Shown here in pieces: positions 45,827 to 55,954 of a DNA stretch of 64,000 bases. The position numbers were made by a program, and so were the translations under genes. Source of the stretch: Eubacterium sp. AM49-13BH (GTDB lineage: Bacteria; Bacillota_I; Bacilli_A; Erysipelotrichales; Erysipelotrichaceae). Location: assembly GCA_963650865.1 (NCBI GenBank), contig CAVJMM010000002.1, positions 700 to 64,699 on the forward strand. The letters are read 5' to 3'. The notes below the pieces were generated by a model. That model had not been told where the DNA came from, did no database searches, and was given only the letters and a program-made list of their open reading frames with translations. Positions within the stretch are counted from its first letter, which is position 1. Each line of letters begins with the position of its first letter.

Positions 45827-47132
45827 AATATTTTGTGTAGATGATTTGAAATGATTTTCCTTCTAATGTACAAGAACCATTAAACTGGATTTCTTGTTTG
45901 GTAAATAAATCGATTCCTTTTTCTACGCCTGCATCAAAGTATAGTTGAGTAGGTTCTTGATCGATATTCAATAAGAAAATGATTTGTTCTGTTTCGTTTC
46001 TTCTAACAAAAACCAATTGTTTGTTTTGGATGTATAACTGTTGATAATCACCATCTGTAAAAACAGGATAGTGCTTTCTAAGTTCATTTAGTTTTTGAAT
46101 GAAATCAGTCAGTTCATTCCATTCAGGCTTTGAGAAACAAGGTCTGAGCTCATCATCTGACCAATTGGTTCTTGTACCTTTTGCTCCCCATTCACTTCCA
46201 TAATAAATACATGGAATTCCTGGCATTGCATATAAAAGAGCATAGATGAGTGGTAAATCTGCTTCATCTGTTAATTCTGAAGCAATTCTATTGACGTCGT
46301 GATTATCTACAAAACTTAATAGATGTTTTCCTGTATATAAGCACCATGGATCTTTTCCGAATTGTCGATTTAAAGAATATCCAATTTCAAATAGATTTAA
46401 ACTGTTAAATGAAGAATACAAACCTTTTCTACATTCATAGTTTGTTACAGAATCTAATAATCCATCATCCATGATTTGATTATAGTCACCACCAATCATT
46501 TCTCCTAAAAAGAAAAATTCTGGTTTGTAAGAACGTATATGATTACATAATTCATGAATGAAGTTACGATCTACCATATAGGCAACATCTAAGCGTAAAC
46601 CATCAATTTGAAAATCTTGAATCCAAGTATCAACACATTGTATGAGATAGTTTCTTACTTCAGGATTGTTCATATTTAATTTCACAAGTTCTTGATGACC
46701 TTCCCAACCTTCATACCAAAATCCATCAGGTTGATTTGTATCATCAAAATTAATGTGAAACCAATCTTTATATGGAGAATCCCATTTATTTTGAATGACA
46801 TCTTGAAAATAAGGAAATCCTCTACCAACGTGATTAAAGACACCATCTAAAATGACTGAAATATGATTGTTGTGTAAAGCATTGCATACTTCTTTGAAGT
46901 CTTCATTGGTTCCTAAACGACAATCGATTTTAGTGTAATCTCTTGTATCGTAACCATGTTTATCACTTTCAAAGATTGGATTAAAAAGAATAGCAGTCAT
47001 TCCTAACTTTGTGAAATGAGGAATCCAATCCATTACTTTTAAAATGCGATGTTCTAATACACCATCATTTTCTTTAGGTGCTCCACAAAATCCTATTGGA
47101 TAGATTTGATAAATCGTTTGATTAAAATTCAT
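45825..47132 (-). CDS. Glycoside hydrolase family 13 (alpha-amylase family) protein
   Basis: GH13 conserved regions DGVFNH, GLRLDVA, FLGEMIG and FVDNHD. 435 aa with no signal peptide. Confidence 0.85.
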   Translation of the reverse strand: MNFNQTIYQIYPIGFCGAPKENDGVLEHRILKVMDWIPHFTKLGMTAILFNPIFESDKHGYDTRDYTKIDCRLGTNEDFKEVCNALHNNHISVILDGVFNHVGRGFPYFQDVIQNKWDSPYKDWFHINFDDTNQPDGFWYEGWEGHQELVKLNMNNPEVRNYLIQCVDTWIQDFQIDGLRLDVAYMVDRNFIHELCNHIRSYKPEFFFLGEMIGGDYNQIMDDGLLDSVTNYECRKGLYSSFNSLNLFEIGYSLNRQFGKDPWCLYTGKHLLSFVDNHDVNRIASELTDEADLPLIYALLYAMPGIPCIYYGSEWGAKGTRTNWSDDELRPCFSKPEWNELTDFIQKLNELRKHYPVFTDGDYQQLYIQNKQLVFVRRNETEQIIFLLNIDQEPTQLYFDAGVEKGIDLFTKQEIQFNGSCTLEGKSFQIIYTKY

Positions 47133-47136
47133 AAAA

Positions 47137-47943
47137 CTATAGTTCTCCTTTTAAATAACGATGGATCATTTCTGCAGTAATACTAGCATCATCTAATGGA
47201 TCAACATAGGAATCGTTTCTTGTGATCCATTCTGCGATTTTTAATTCATTATCATCTAATGAAATTGTTTGATTTCCATGCGCATACGCAATAAATGTGA
47301 AAATCAAAGAAGATGACCAAGCCCAAGGCTGATCTTTGTAGAATGTAAGATCACTAATGGTAAGTCCTGTTTCTTCCTTTGCTTCACGAATTGCAGCTTC
47401 TTCTGCAGTTTCACCAATCTCAATAAATCCTGCAACCAATGCGTATTTTGCGTAAGATGCATGTGCGTATTTCGTTACTAAAAGTTCGTCTTTATCATTT
47501 TTAATCGCAACGATAACAACAGGATTGATTCTAGGAAATACTAGATTTCCGCATCTTGGACAACGCAGCGCTCTTTCTTTTGTATCATCTTCCATTCTTG
47601 TAGAACATCTGCCACAAAATACATTATTGCGATACCAGTCATAAAGATGCCATCCTGTAATAGCAGCGAATGCATTTACTTTTGGTTCATATTTTCTTAA
47701 TGATTGAATATCTAAAGAGATTGGATATAAATAAATCAAATCTCCTAAAAAATAATTTATATCATCAATTTGAAATAAATAACGTAATGAGATTTGATTA
47801 GAAATATCTTCATAATGATAAAAAGAGCGATCTTCTTTTAATAGAATATTTCTTCCATCATAAGAAAGGATAACATCATTCTTTTTTGGAGAAACTGGGT
47901 TGTAATGATTCTTGAATTGATGTGGAATAATTGTCTGATACAT
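47137..47943 (-). CDS. nudC: NADH pyrophosphatase (Nudix hydrolase with zinc ribbon, NudC-like)
   Basis: Zinc ribbon CGRC...CPRCG, followed by the Nudix box GFIEIGETAEEAAIREAKEETG. Confidence 0.8.
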   Translation of the reverse strand: MYQTIIPHQFKNHYNPVSPKKNDVILSYDGRNILLKEDRSFYHYEDISNQISLRYLFQIDDINYFLGDLIYLYPISLDIQSLRKYEPKVNAFAAITGWHLYDWYRNNVFCGRCSTRMEDDTKERALRCPRCGNLVFPRINPVVIVAIKNDKDELLVTKYAHASYAKYALVAGFIEIGETAEEAAIREAKEETGLTISDLTFYKDQPWAWSSSLIFTFIAYAHGNQTISLDDNELKIAEWITRNDSYVDPLDDASITAEMIHRYLKGEL

Positions 47944-48360
47944 AGTAAGTAATGACCCTCAACAATATAATTATACAGAAAAAAATTTTGTAAAAATAGA
48001 CTGTTCTTTAAAAATAATTAGATTATATTATAAGTACAAACAAAGAAGAGCTCTAAAAGAAAAGGAGGAGTTCATATGAAGGAGATTCTACTCGAATATT
48101 AGTTAAGTTCTTCTAATTGTGATGCAGAAACAATTGGGAGAACAAATAAAAGTACCAATGATCTTAACAATAACTGGAAGATCAAATGAAAGAAAAAAGA
48201 AAGTAGAAAAGTCTGCATAAGAGTCAGACCAATGGACAATTTAAATTAACAACTGAATAATAAAACGATTCAAGAAAATTCTTGATGAAAATTAGATTAT
48301 AGTATCTAAGAAAAAAATACAGAAAAATAAGATGTGGACATAATAGCCACATGAAAAAGA

Positions 48361-48387
48361 AACCACACGAAATCAAGTGTGGTTTTT
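48361..48387. terminator. Terminator hairpin downstream of the minus-strand dehydrogenase gene
   Basis: AACCACAC-GAAATCAA-GTGTGGTT stem-loop flanked by an A-run and a T-run. It lies immediately after the stop at 48386-48388. Confidence 0.6.
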
Positions 48388-49315
48388 AATAGCCTAATTT
48401 TTTATCAACGATATTTTCTAATTCTTCATGGTTCAAATAATGAATTAAGTTTCTATAGAAAATAGAAATGACATTATCATAACTTGCTTGTGCATTAAAT
48501 CTACCAGAGATATGAGGTGTGATATAAACATTTTCTATATTCCATAGATCCATGTTTTTAGGAAGTGGTTCATATTCTAAAACATCTAAACAAGCAGCAG
48601 ATAGATACTTTTCTTTCATAACTTTCACAAGATCTTTTGTGACGATTGCGGAACCTCTACCAACATTCATGATGACTGCATCTTTCTTCATTTTATGCAA
48701 TCTGTCGTAATCAAACATATGAATTGTTTCTTTTGTTTCGGGTAATGATAAAACAACAATATCCATGTCCGCTAATGCAGAATCGATTTCATCCATTGTA
48801 TACAAGCTTTCTAAATAATTAGGTTTATCGTGCTTCGTGCGACGTACACCATATACTTTTGCGCCTAATAAATGCATTGTTTGTGCGTATTTGCTACCAA
48901 TACTGCCCATACCAACAGAAAGAATCTTTAAGTTAGAAATCGTAGGAACAGAACCTAGATTTGTCCATTCGTGTTTTGCGGCAATTTTTTCATACGCAAA
49001 TAATTTCTTTGTGACAGCTAATGTACACGCGAGTAGATGTTCTGATATCGCAATATCATATGCACCAGATGCATTGGTTAAGATGATAGATTCCGGAATA
49101 TCACAATAGGTATTTGCACCAGCAGAATCTAATTGAATCCACTTTGTAGAATTGGAATCAATCATATCTTTGTTTGGATTACCAAAAATGATATCAACTT
49201 CTTTAAAGTCTTCTTTTGTGACAGCTGTTTTATCTTTGAAGTGACATTCAATATTTGTTTCTTTAAATTTATCTTTCATTTCTTCTGTGATTGGTGTTAA
49301 AAATAATGCTTTCAT
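48386..49315 (-). CDS. D-isomer-specific 2-hydroxyacid dehydrogenase family protein
   Basis: NAD-binding GMGSIGS motif, catalytic-region NVGRG, and a PHISG-type His near the C-terminus. Confidence 0.85.
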   Translation of the reverse strand: MKALFLTPITEEMKDKFKETNIECHFKDKTAVTKEDFKEVDIIFGNPNKDMIDSNSTKWIQLDSAGANTYCDIPESIILTNASGAYDIAISEHLLACTLAVTKKLFAYEKIAAKHEWTNLGSVPTISNLKILSVGMGSIGSKYAQTMHLLGAKVYGVRRTKHDKPNYLESLYTMDEIDSALADMDIVVLSLPETKETIHMFDYDRLHKMKKDAVIMNVGRGSAIVTKDLVKVMKEKYLSAACLDVLEYEPLPKNMDLWNIENVYITPHISGRFNAQASYDNVISIFYRNLIHYLNHEELENIVDKKLGY

Positions 49316-49403
49316 AATATTCTCCCAACAATACTTAAATATTGTAACTATTTTGTTTGAATTTAGTAGTATAAAATAGAAAGAGAAAAAAGGAGAATTT
49401 TGT

Positions 49404-50051
49404 ATGTTGAAACATATTAAGTGGACAGATGTGTTAATGTCACTGGCATATATTGTGGCAGGTGTTTTATTGATTATTTTCCCAAATGAAAGTGGTCAAA
49501 TGATATCTTATATTGTTGGAGGCAGTGCAATCGTATATGGCATTGTTTCTTTGACGGCTTACTTTCTTGCGGATATTCGCGATACGTTATACAACAATCA
49601 TTTTGTATTAGGATTGATGGCAATAATATTTGGTGTCGCAATCATTGTGAAGAAAGATCTGATTATGGATTTGATACCATTTATCTTAGGCTTATGCATT
49701 GTGACAAGTGGTTTGATCAAATTACATCGTGCAGTCATTGCCTCGAGAATTAAATATGATGCTTCTTTAACTTATGCACTATTAGGCGTTGTATCGATCA
49801 TCTTTGGTGTTGTTGTGATGTTTTTCTTGAGTGGAGAAACTGCACAGAATATTATCTTTACTGTCATCGGATGTGGATTAATTTATAGTGGATTATCTGA
49901 TTTGTTTATTCAATTCTTTTTGGCGAATAAGTTTAATGCGTTTATCAAAGCGTTTGAAGATGCATTTCATCAAACACAAAGTAATATTGTAAATGTTGAA
50001 GCAATTGAAAAACCAGTAGAAGAAACGAAACAAGATGATTCTAATATTTAG
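49404..50051 (+). CDS. HdeD/DUF308 family membrane protein
   Basis: Six TM-like repeats with a recurring G..L...G pattern. AAAAGGAG RBS. Confidence 0.55.
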   Translation: MLKHIKWTDVLMSLAYIVAGVLLIIFPNESGQMISYIVGGSAIVYGIVSLTAYFLADIRDTLYNNHFVLGLMAIIFGVAIIVKKDLIMDLIPFILGLCIVTSGLIKLHRAVIASRIKYDASLTYALLGVVSIIFGVVVMFFLSGETAQNIIFTVIGCGLIYSGLSDLFIQFFLANKFNAFIKAFEDAFHQTQSNIVNVEAIEKPVEETKQDDSNI

Positions 50052-50096
50052 AGATTTGTTCTAACTGTGGTAGAATGAGTCGGCGGAGGTTTTGTC

Positions 50097-50855
50097 ATGT
50101 TTAATGATTGGTTGAGTATCGGACCATTTACGATTCATGGATATGGTGTCATGATTGCGATTGGTATCTTAGTCGCTGCGTGGCTTGCATCTAAGCAATG
50201 TAAGAAATATGGTCTTGATTATGAAAATATAGATTCATTTATCCTATTTGTCATTGTAATTGGATATGCTTTTAGTAAATTGACGTATTGTTTAACGGTT
50301 TTTGATCAATTCATCAAAGATCCACTTAGTACACTTGGATCTGGCGGATGGGTCGTATATGGTGGCGTACTTGGAGGAATCTTAGCAGCTGCAATTTGGT
50401 GCAAATGGAAAAAATGGAAGTTTATGGACTATTTTCCTGTACTGATGCCATGTGTTGCCTTAGCACAAGGCTTTGGTAGAATTGGGTGCTTCTTTGCGGG
50501 ATGCTGTGGAGGTGTCGTAACAGATGCGTGGTATGGAATTCAATTTCCCGCAGGTTCGCTTGCTTGGACAACGTCACAGAAGATCGTTCCAACGCAATTG
50601 TTATCGAGTGCTGGTGATTTTATGATTTTTGCGTTTTTGTTTTACAACTTAAACAAAGGGAAACATCCTGAAGATACAGGTGCTTGGTATTTGATTCTAT
50701 ATTCCTTAGGAAGATTTGTAATTGAGTTTTTCAGAGGTGATTTGATTAGAGGACAAATTGGTCCATTTTCAACATCACAATTTATATCATTATTTGTATT
50801 TATAATTGGTGCTTATTTAATTTGGAATAGACAAAGAAAAGGGGAAAAGGTATGA
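50097..50855 (+). CDS. lgt: Prolipoprotein diacylglyceryl transferase
   Basis: Lgt signature GRIGCFFAGCCGG, YGVMIAIGIL N-terminus and C-terminal RFVIEFFRGD. Confidence 0.9.
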   Translation: MFNDWLSIGPFTIHGYGVMIAIGILVAAWLASKQCKKYGLDYENIDSFILFVIVIGYAFSKLTYCLTVFDQFIKDPLSTLGSGGWVVYGGVLGGILAAAIWCKWKKWKFMDYFPVLMPCVALAQGFGRIGCFFAGCCGGVVTDAWYGIQFPAGSLAWTTSQKIVPTQLLSSAGDFMIFAFLFYNLNKGKHPEDTGAWYLILYSLGRFVIEFFRGDLIRGQIGPFSTSQFISLFVFIIGAYLIWNRQRKGEKV

Positions 50856-51301
50856 AAATTGGTATTGCGAATGATCACTCAGCGGTAGAAATGAAGAACG
50901 AAGTCAAAGCCTATTTAGAAAGCTTAGGTTACGAAGTCATCAATTATGGAACAGATACAAATGATTCTGTTGACTATCCATTATATGGTCAAAAAGTAGC
51001 AGAAGCAGTTGCGAATGGAGAAGTTGATAGAGGTGTTGCGATATGTGGAACAGGTGTAGGAATTGGTTTAGCATGTAATAAAGTAAAAGGTATTCGTGCA
51101 TGTACTTGTTCGGAACCATATAGTGCAGAATATTCTAGACGTCATAATAACGCTAATGTTGTGACATTTGGTGCTAGAGTTATTGGACCAGAAACTGCCA
51201 AACAAATCGTCAAAGTGTTTATGGAAACTGAATTTGAAGGTGGTAGACACGAAAGACGTGTCAATCAATTGATTGATATTGAAAATAAATATTTCAAATA
51301 G
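50852..51301 (+). CDS. rpiB: Ribose-5-phosphate isomerase B (RpiB/LacAB family)
   Basis: MKIGIANDHSAVEMK.. N-terminus, AICGTGVGIGLACNK active-site loop and a HERRV C-terminal motif. Confidence 0.9.
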   Translation: MKIGIANDHSAVEMKNEVKAYLESLGYEVINYGTDTNDSVDYPLYGQKVAEAVANGEVDRGVAICGTGVGIGLACNKVKGIRACTCSEPYSAEYSRRHNNANVVTFGARVIGPETAKQIVKVFMETEFEGGRHERRVNQLIDIENKYFK

Positions 51302-51360
51302 AATGGTTGAAAAATCATTCTTTTTCTTTATAATTTTCCAAAAGAAAAGAGGAATGAAGT

Positions 51361-52347
51361 ATGTATTATTTGGATATGCATTGTGACACAATTACGAGAT
51401 TATTAAGAAATGCAGATGAAGGAAAAGATTCGTCTCTTAGAAAAAATGATTTGCACATTGATTTAGAAAGAATGAAACAATCGAATTATCTATTACAGAA
51501 TTTTGCAGTATTTACACCATTAGGTCATGTAGATGATCCAATGTATTTCGCTTTACGAGCAATTGACAAGTATTATGAAGAAATTGATCAGAATACAGAT
51601 ATTATTAAACCTGTATACTCTTATCAAGATATCATGAAAAACAAAGAAGATGGGTTCATGTCTGCGATGTTAACTTTGGAAGAAGGCGCAGTTGTGCATA
51701 ATGACCTTCGTGTACTAAGAGATTTTTATAGACTTGGTGTAAGAATGATTACTTTGACTTGGAACTATGAAAATGGAATTGCTTTTCCAAACTTTACACC
51801 TTCCAAAGATATGAATCGTAATGACATGTTAAGACATATCAATGATACAGATGGACTAACAAAATTTGGCGTAGAATATGTCAAAGAATGTAATAAATTA
51901 GGAATTATTGTTGATGTATCTCATTTAGGTGATAAAGGATTCTGGGATGTGATTTCTTTATCAACAAAACCAATCGTAGCTTCTCACTCTAACGCAAGAA
52001 GTGTATGTGGTGTTGCTAGAAACATGAGTGATGAAATGATTCTTGCCTTACATAAAAATGGTGGTGTCATGGGTATGAACTATTGTGATGATTTTGTCAG
52101 TGATGATAGTGATGGAAGTGTTAAAAATCTTGTAAAACATATCAACCATATTCGTGATTTAGGATGCATTGATAATATTGGACTTGGCTCTGATTTTGAT
52201 GGTATTTCTACACGTAAAGAAATGGAAGAGTGTGGAAAGATGTATGAACTTGTAGATGCTTTGAAACAAGAAGGTTATACAGAAGAAGAAATTGAGAAGA
52301 TTTGTTATAAAAATGTATTGCGTGTATATGCAGAAGTTTTGCTATAA
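51361..52347 (+). CDS. Membrane-dipeptidase family (M19) dipeptidase
   Basis: N-terminal DMHCDT metal motif, ITLTWN, VDVSHL and GLGSDFDG. Confidence 0.85.
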   Translation: MYYLDMHCDTITRLLRNADEGKDSSLRKNDLHIDLERMKQSNYLLQNFAVFTPLGHVDDPMYFALRAIDKYYEEIDQNTDIIKPVYSYQDIMKNKEDGFMSAMLTLEEGAVVHNDLRVLRDFYRLGVRMITLTWNYENGIAFPNFTPSKDMNRNDMLRHINDTDGLTKFGVEYVKECNKLGIIVDVSHLGDKGFWDVISLSTKPIVASHSNARSVCGVARNMSDEMILALHKNGGVMGMNYCDDFVSDDSDGSVKNLVKHINHIRDLGCIDNIGLGSDFDGISTRKEMEECGKMYELVDALKQEGYTEEEIEKICYKNVLRVYAEVLL

Positions 52348-52910
52348 TGAATTCAATGAGTGATATAACGAAATTAAAACTAGCATACGCAATGAGAGAA
52401 TGCATGGAAAAAGCAACAGTAGAAGATATTACTGTTCGTTCGATTTGCCAAAAAGGTGATTTTTCAAGACAGACATTTTATCGTTGTTTTCAAGATAAGT
52501 ATGAATTGATCAATTGGTATTTTGATCGTATTTTAAACGAGTCTTTTAAAGAGATGGGGAAAGGAACGACCATTCGTGAAAGCTTAGTTTTGAAATTTCG
52601 TTATATTCAACAAGAACAATTGTTTTTTCGGGCTGGATTTAAAAGTGATGAACAAAACAATCTAACAGATCATGATTTTAAAATGATATTTGCTTTCTAT
52701 AAGAATCTGATTCATGAAAAAAGTGGTTATTATCCAAAACAAGATATCCAAGATGTTTTAGAGATGTATTGTCATTCTTCTGTTTATATGACAGTGAAAT
52801 GGATCATGAATGATGAAGGTAGAACGGCAGAAGATTTAGCGGATTTGATGGTAGAGGCAATGCCTTATGTATTATCAGAATTGTTTAAAAAACTAAAAAT
52901 ATTAGCTTAA
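52347..52910 (+). CDS. TetR-like transcriptional regulator (DhaS-type C-terminal domain)
   Basis: HTH region ITVRSICQKGDFSRQTFYRCFQDKYELINWYF. The start overlaps the dipeptidase stop. Confidence 0.65.
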   Translation: MNSMSDITKLKLAYAMRECMEKATVEDITVRSICQKGDFSRQTFYRCFQDKYELINWYFDRILNESFKEMGKGTTIRESLVLKFRYIQQEQLFFRAGFKSDEQNNLTDHDFKMIFAFYKNLIHEKSGYYPKQDIQDVLEMYCHSSVYMTVKWIMNDEGRTAEDLADLMVEAMPYVLSELFKKLKILA

Positions 52911-52936
52911 ATATCACAGAAATGTGATATTTTTTT
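52911..52936 (+). terminator. Rho-independent terminator
   Basis: ATATCACA-GAAA-TGTGATAT perfect stem with a GAAA loop, followed by TTTTTT. Confidence 0.7.
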
Positions 52937-53078
52937 GAAATGTTAATGAAAATTATTTTCATAAAGAATGAAAAAGTTTCTGAAAAATAGTCAATATTTT
53001 ATTGCGTATGCTTTTTGGAAGGAATAAACTTGAAACATGATTTGTTAGAAAACAAATGATGATGAGGAGGAAATACAG

Positions 53079-54002
53079 ATGGGCAAGTATATCGTAAAAC
53101 GTTTAGCTATTGGTATATTGACTCTGTTTATTCTTGCGACGATTACCTTCTTCCTGATGCATGCCATACCAGGAAGTCCATTTGGAGCAGATAATAAGAG
53201 TTTAACTGCTGAACAGTATGCAGCAATGGAGGCTAAATATAATTTGGATAAGCCATTGTTACAACAGTATGGAACTTATATGGTGAATCTACTACATATG
53301 GATTTTGGAGAAAGTATTTCAAAGAAAGGTGAACTTGTAGCAGACATCATTATTAAAAGAGCTCCTGTTACAGCGAAATTAGGTGCTTGTGCATTTGTGA
53401 TTTCAGTCATTGTAGGAATTACACTTGGAATCGTTGGTGCGTTAACAAAGAAGAAAGCAGTCAATGGTTTCATTACTTTTCTAGCAACAATGGGCGTTTC
53501 ATTACCAAGCTTCATTGTAGCGATTCTATTAATGATATTCTTTGGTGTTAAGTTAAAGATTTTTCCACTTCTTGGTTTGAATGATGCGAAGAGTTACGTG
53601 CTTCCTACGATTGCCTTGAGTATTGGACCAATCGCAATGGTTACGCGTTTAACAAGATCTTCATTGAAAGATGTTATGAATAAAGACTATATCATCTTGG
53701 CTCGTAGTAAAGGTACAGATGATATTCGTGTCATTATCAAACATGCATTAAGAAATGCATTGTTACCAGTTATTACGTATTGTGGACCTTTATTTGCAGG
53801 TCTAGTTACTGGTAGCTTTGTTGTAGAGACATTGTTTACGATTCCTGGAATTGGAAAAGAATTTACAAGTTCTGTTACGAATAGAGACTATCCTATGATT
53901 ATGGGACTCACGATATTCTTAGGAGCTATCGTTATTATTATGCAGCTAGCGAGTGATATCGTTGCCGCATTAGTTGATCCACGTATCAAGGTGAAGAGTT
54001 AG
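53079..54002 (+). CDS. Opp/Dpp-type peptide ABC transporter permease (OppB-like)
   Basis: MGKYIVKRL..., six TM segments and the EAA-like loop region RSKGTDDIRVIIKHALRNALLP. Confidence 0.9.
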   Translation: MGKYIVKRLAIGILTLFILATITFFLMHAIPGSPFGADNKSLTAEQYAAMEAKYNLDKPLLQQYGTYMVNLLHMDFGESISKKGELVADIIIKRAPVTAKLGACAFVISVIVGITLGIVGALTKKKAVNGFITFLATMGVSLPSFIVAILLMIFFGVKLKIFPLLGLNDAKSYVLPTIALSIGPIAMVTRLTRSSLKDVMNKDYIILARSKGTDDIRVIIKHALRNALLPVITYCGPLFAGLVTGSFVVETLFTIPGIGKEFTSSVTNRDYPMIMGLTIFLGAIVIIMQLASDIVAALVDPRIKVKS

Positions 54003-54013
54003 GAGGGTGAATC

Positions 54014-54937
54014 ATGTCAGAAGTAAAAATGAAATATGATCCATCCATGTTTGAAAAGTTGGATGATAGTGAAAAGAATGATGAAGCCATTGCGATGGAA
54101 TCAAAAACATTCTTACAAGATACTTGGAGAAGATTCTCACAAAACAAACTTGCGATAATTGGCTTGATTGTTATCTTGTTGATGATTGCTTTAGCGATCT
54201 TTGTACCAATCTTTTCAAAATATACTTATGATGGACAAGATTTAGCGAATACAAACAGTCTTCCTTCCGCAGCACATTTATTAGGAACCGATAAACTAGG
54301 AAGAGATATCTTAGTTCGTGTATGTTCTGGTATGAGAGTGACATTGGCAATTGGATTTGCTTCTGCCGCAATCAACTTGTGTATTGGCATTATCTATGGC
54401 GGATGTGCAGGATATTTTGGTGGAAGAGTGGATATGACATTGATGAGAATCGTAGATATTATCGATTCCGTACCATCTTTGTTATATACAATCATGATTT
54501 TGATGGTATTTGGAAATAGTATCTTTTCCATGATGCTTGCGATTTCTTTGACATCTTGGATTACAATGGCACGTCAAGTTAGAGCACAAGTTATGAGCTT
54601 AAAAGAAATGGAATTTGCGATGGCTGCGAAAGTTATTGGTTGTTCTGATATTCGTATCTTATTAAAGCATCTTGTAGTCAATGCATTAGGGCCTATCATT
54701 GTATGTTTGACAATGATGATTCCTTCCGCAATCTTTACGGAAAGTTCATTGAGTTTTATTGGTATTGGTATTCAAGCACCTGCTTGTTCATTGGGCTCTT
54801 TAGCTAATGAAGCTAGACAGTTGATCAATACTCAACCATTGCAAGTTGTATGGCCAGTTATCGCGATTGCGTTAATTACACTATCTTTAAACTTCATTGG
54901 AGATGGTATTGGTGAAGCTTTGGAAGCAAAACGATAG
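54014..54937 (+). CDS. Opp/Dpp-type peptide ABC transporter permease (OppC-like)
   Basis: N-terminal extension, then HLLGTDKLGRD and the EAA-loop region AAKVIGCSDIRILLKH. Confidence 0.9.
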   Translation: MSEVKMKYDPSMFEKLDDSEKNDEAIAMESKTFLQDTWRRFSQNKLAIIGLIVILLMIALAIFVPIFSKYTYDGQDLANTNSLPSAAHLLGTDKLGRDILVRVCSGMRVTLAIGFASAAINLCIGIIYGGCAGYFGGRVDMTLMRIVDIIDSVPSLLYTIMILMVFGNSIFSMMLAISLTSWITMARQVRAQVMSLKEMEFAMAAKVIGCSDIRILLKHLVVNALGPIIVCLTMMIPSAIFTESSLSFIGIGIQAPACSLGSLANEARQLINTQPLQVVWPVIAIALITLSLNFIGDGIGEALEAKR

Positions 54938-54949
54938 GAGGTGTGAAAA

Positions 54950-55954
54950 ATGTCCTTATTAAAAGTAGAAGATCTACATACAGAATTTCAGACAGATCAA
55001 GGAATTGTTCACGCTGTTCGTGGTGTTTCCTTTGAATTAAAACAAGGTGAAGTTTTAGGAATCGTTGGTGAATCTGGTTCTGGTAAATCACAAACAATGT
55101 ATACGATTATGGGTTTGTTAAGTGAAAATGCATTGCCAGTCAAAGGAAAAGTTACATTTGATGGAAAAGATATTAGTGCAGAATCATTTTCTAGTAAAAA
55201 AGAATACAACAAAATGATGAATGAAATTCGTGGAAATACAATTTCTATGATTTTCCAGGATCCAATGACATTCTTGAACCCAGTATTGAAAATTGGAACA
55301 CAATTGATTGAACCAATCATGAATCATAAGAAAGTTTCTAAGAAAGAAGCTTATGATATCGCAATCAATTTAATGAAACAAGTTGGTATTCCGAGTCCTG
55401 AAAAAAGAATCAATCAGTATCCATTTGAATTTTCAGGTGGTATGAGACAGAGAATTATCATCGCAATTGCGTTAGCTTGTTCTCCGAAATTAATTATTGC
55501 GGATGAACCTACAACTGCATTGGATGTAACAATCCAAGCACAAGTGTTGGAACTCATCAATTCTTTAAAAGAAGAGAGTGAATCTTCCATTATCATGATC
55601 ACTCATGATTTAGGTGTTGTAGCGAAGCTGTGTGATAGAGTTGCCATCATGTATGGTGGAAAAATCGTGGAAATTGGAACAGATCGAGAAATCTTCTATG
55701 AACCACAACATCCTTATACACAAGGTTTGTTGAGTTGTATCACAAATCCTGAAGATGATTCCGATGAAGATCTACAACCAATTCCTGGTACACCACCAGA
55801 TTTATTAAAACCACCTGTTGGATGTCCATTTTATGCAAGATGCCAACACGCAATGAGAATATGTAAAGAACAATTACCTGAAACAACAACATTCTCTGAA
55901 ACACATCAATGTGCATGTTGGTTGATTCAAGCAAAGGAGGTAAGTCATGAGTGA
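54950..55954 (+). CDS. Opp/Dpp-type peptide ABC transporter ATP-binding protein (OppD-like)
   Basis: Walker A GESGSGKS, signature FSGGMRQR, Walker B IIADEPTTALD and a C-terminal oligopeptide-type Cys motif. Confidence 0.92.
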   Translation: MSLLKVEDLHTEFQTDQGIVHAVRGVSFELKQGEVLGIVGESGSGKSQTMYTIMGLLSENALPVKGKVTFDGKDISAESFSSKKEYNKMMNEIRGNTISMIFQDPMTFLNPVLKIGTQLIEPIMNHKKVSKKEAYDIAINLMKQVGIPSPEKRINQYPFEFSGGMRQRIIIAIALACSPKLIIADEPTTALDVTIQAQVLELINSLKEESESSIIMITHDLGVVAKLCDRVAIMYGGKIVEIGTDREIFYEPQHPYTQGLLSCITNPEDDSDEDLQPIPGTPPDLLKPPVGCPFYARCQHAMRICKEQLPETTTFSETHQCACWLIQAKEVSHE

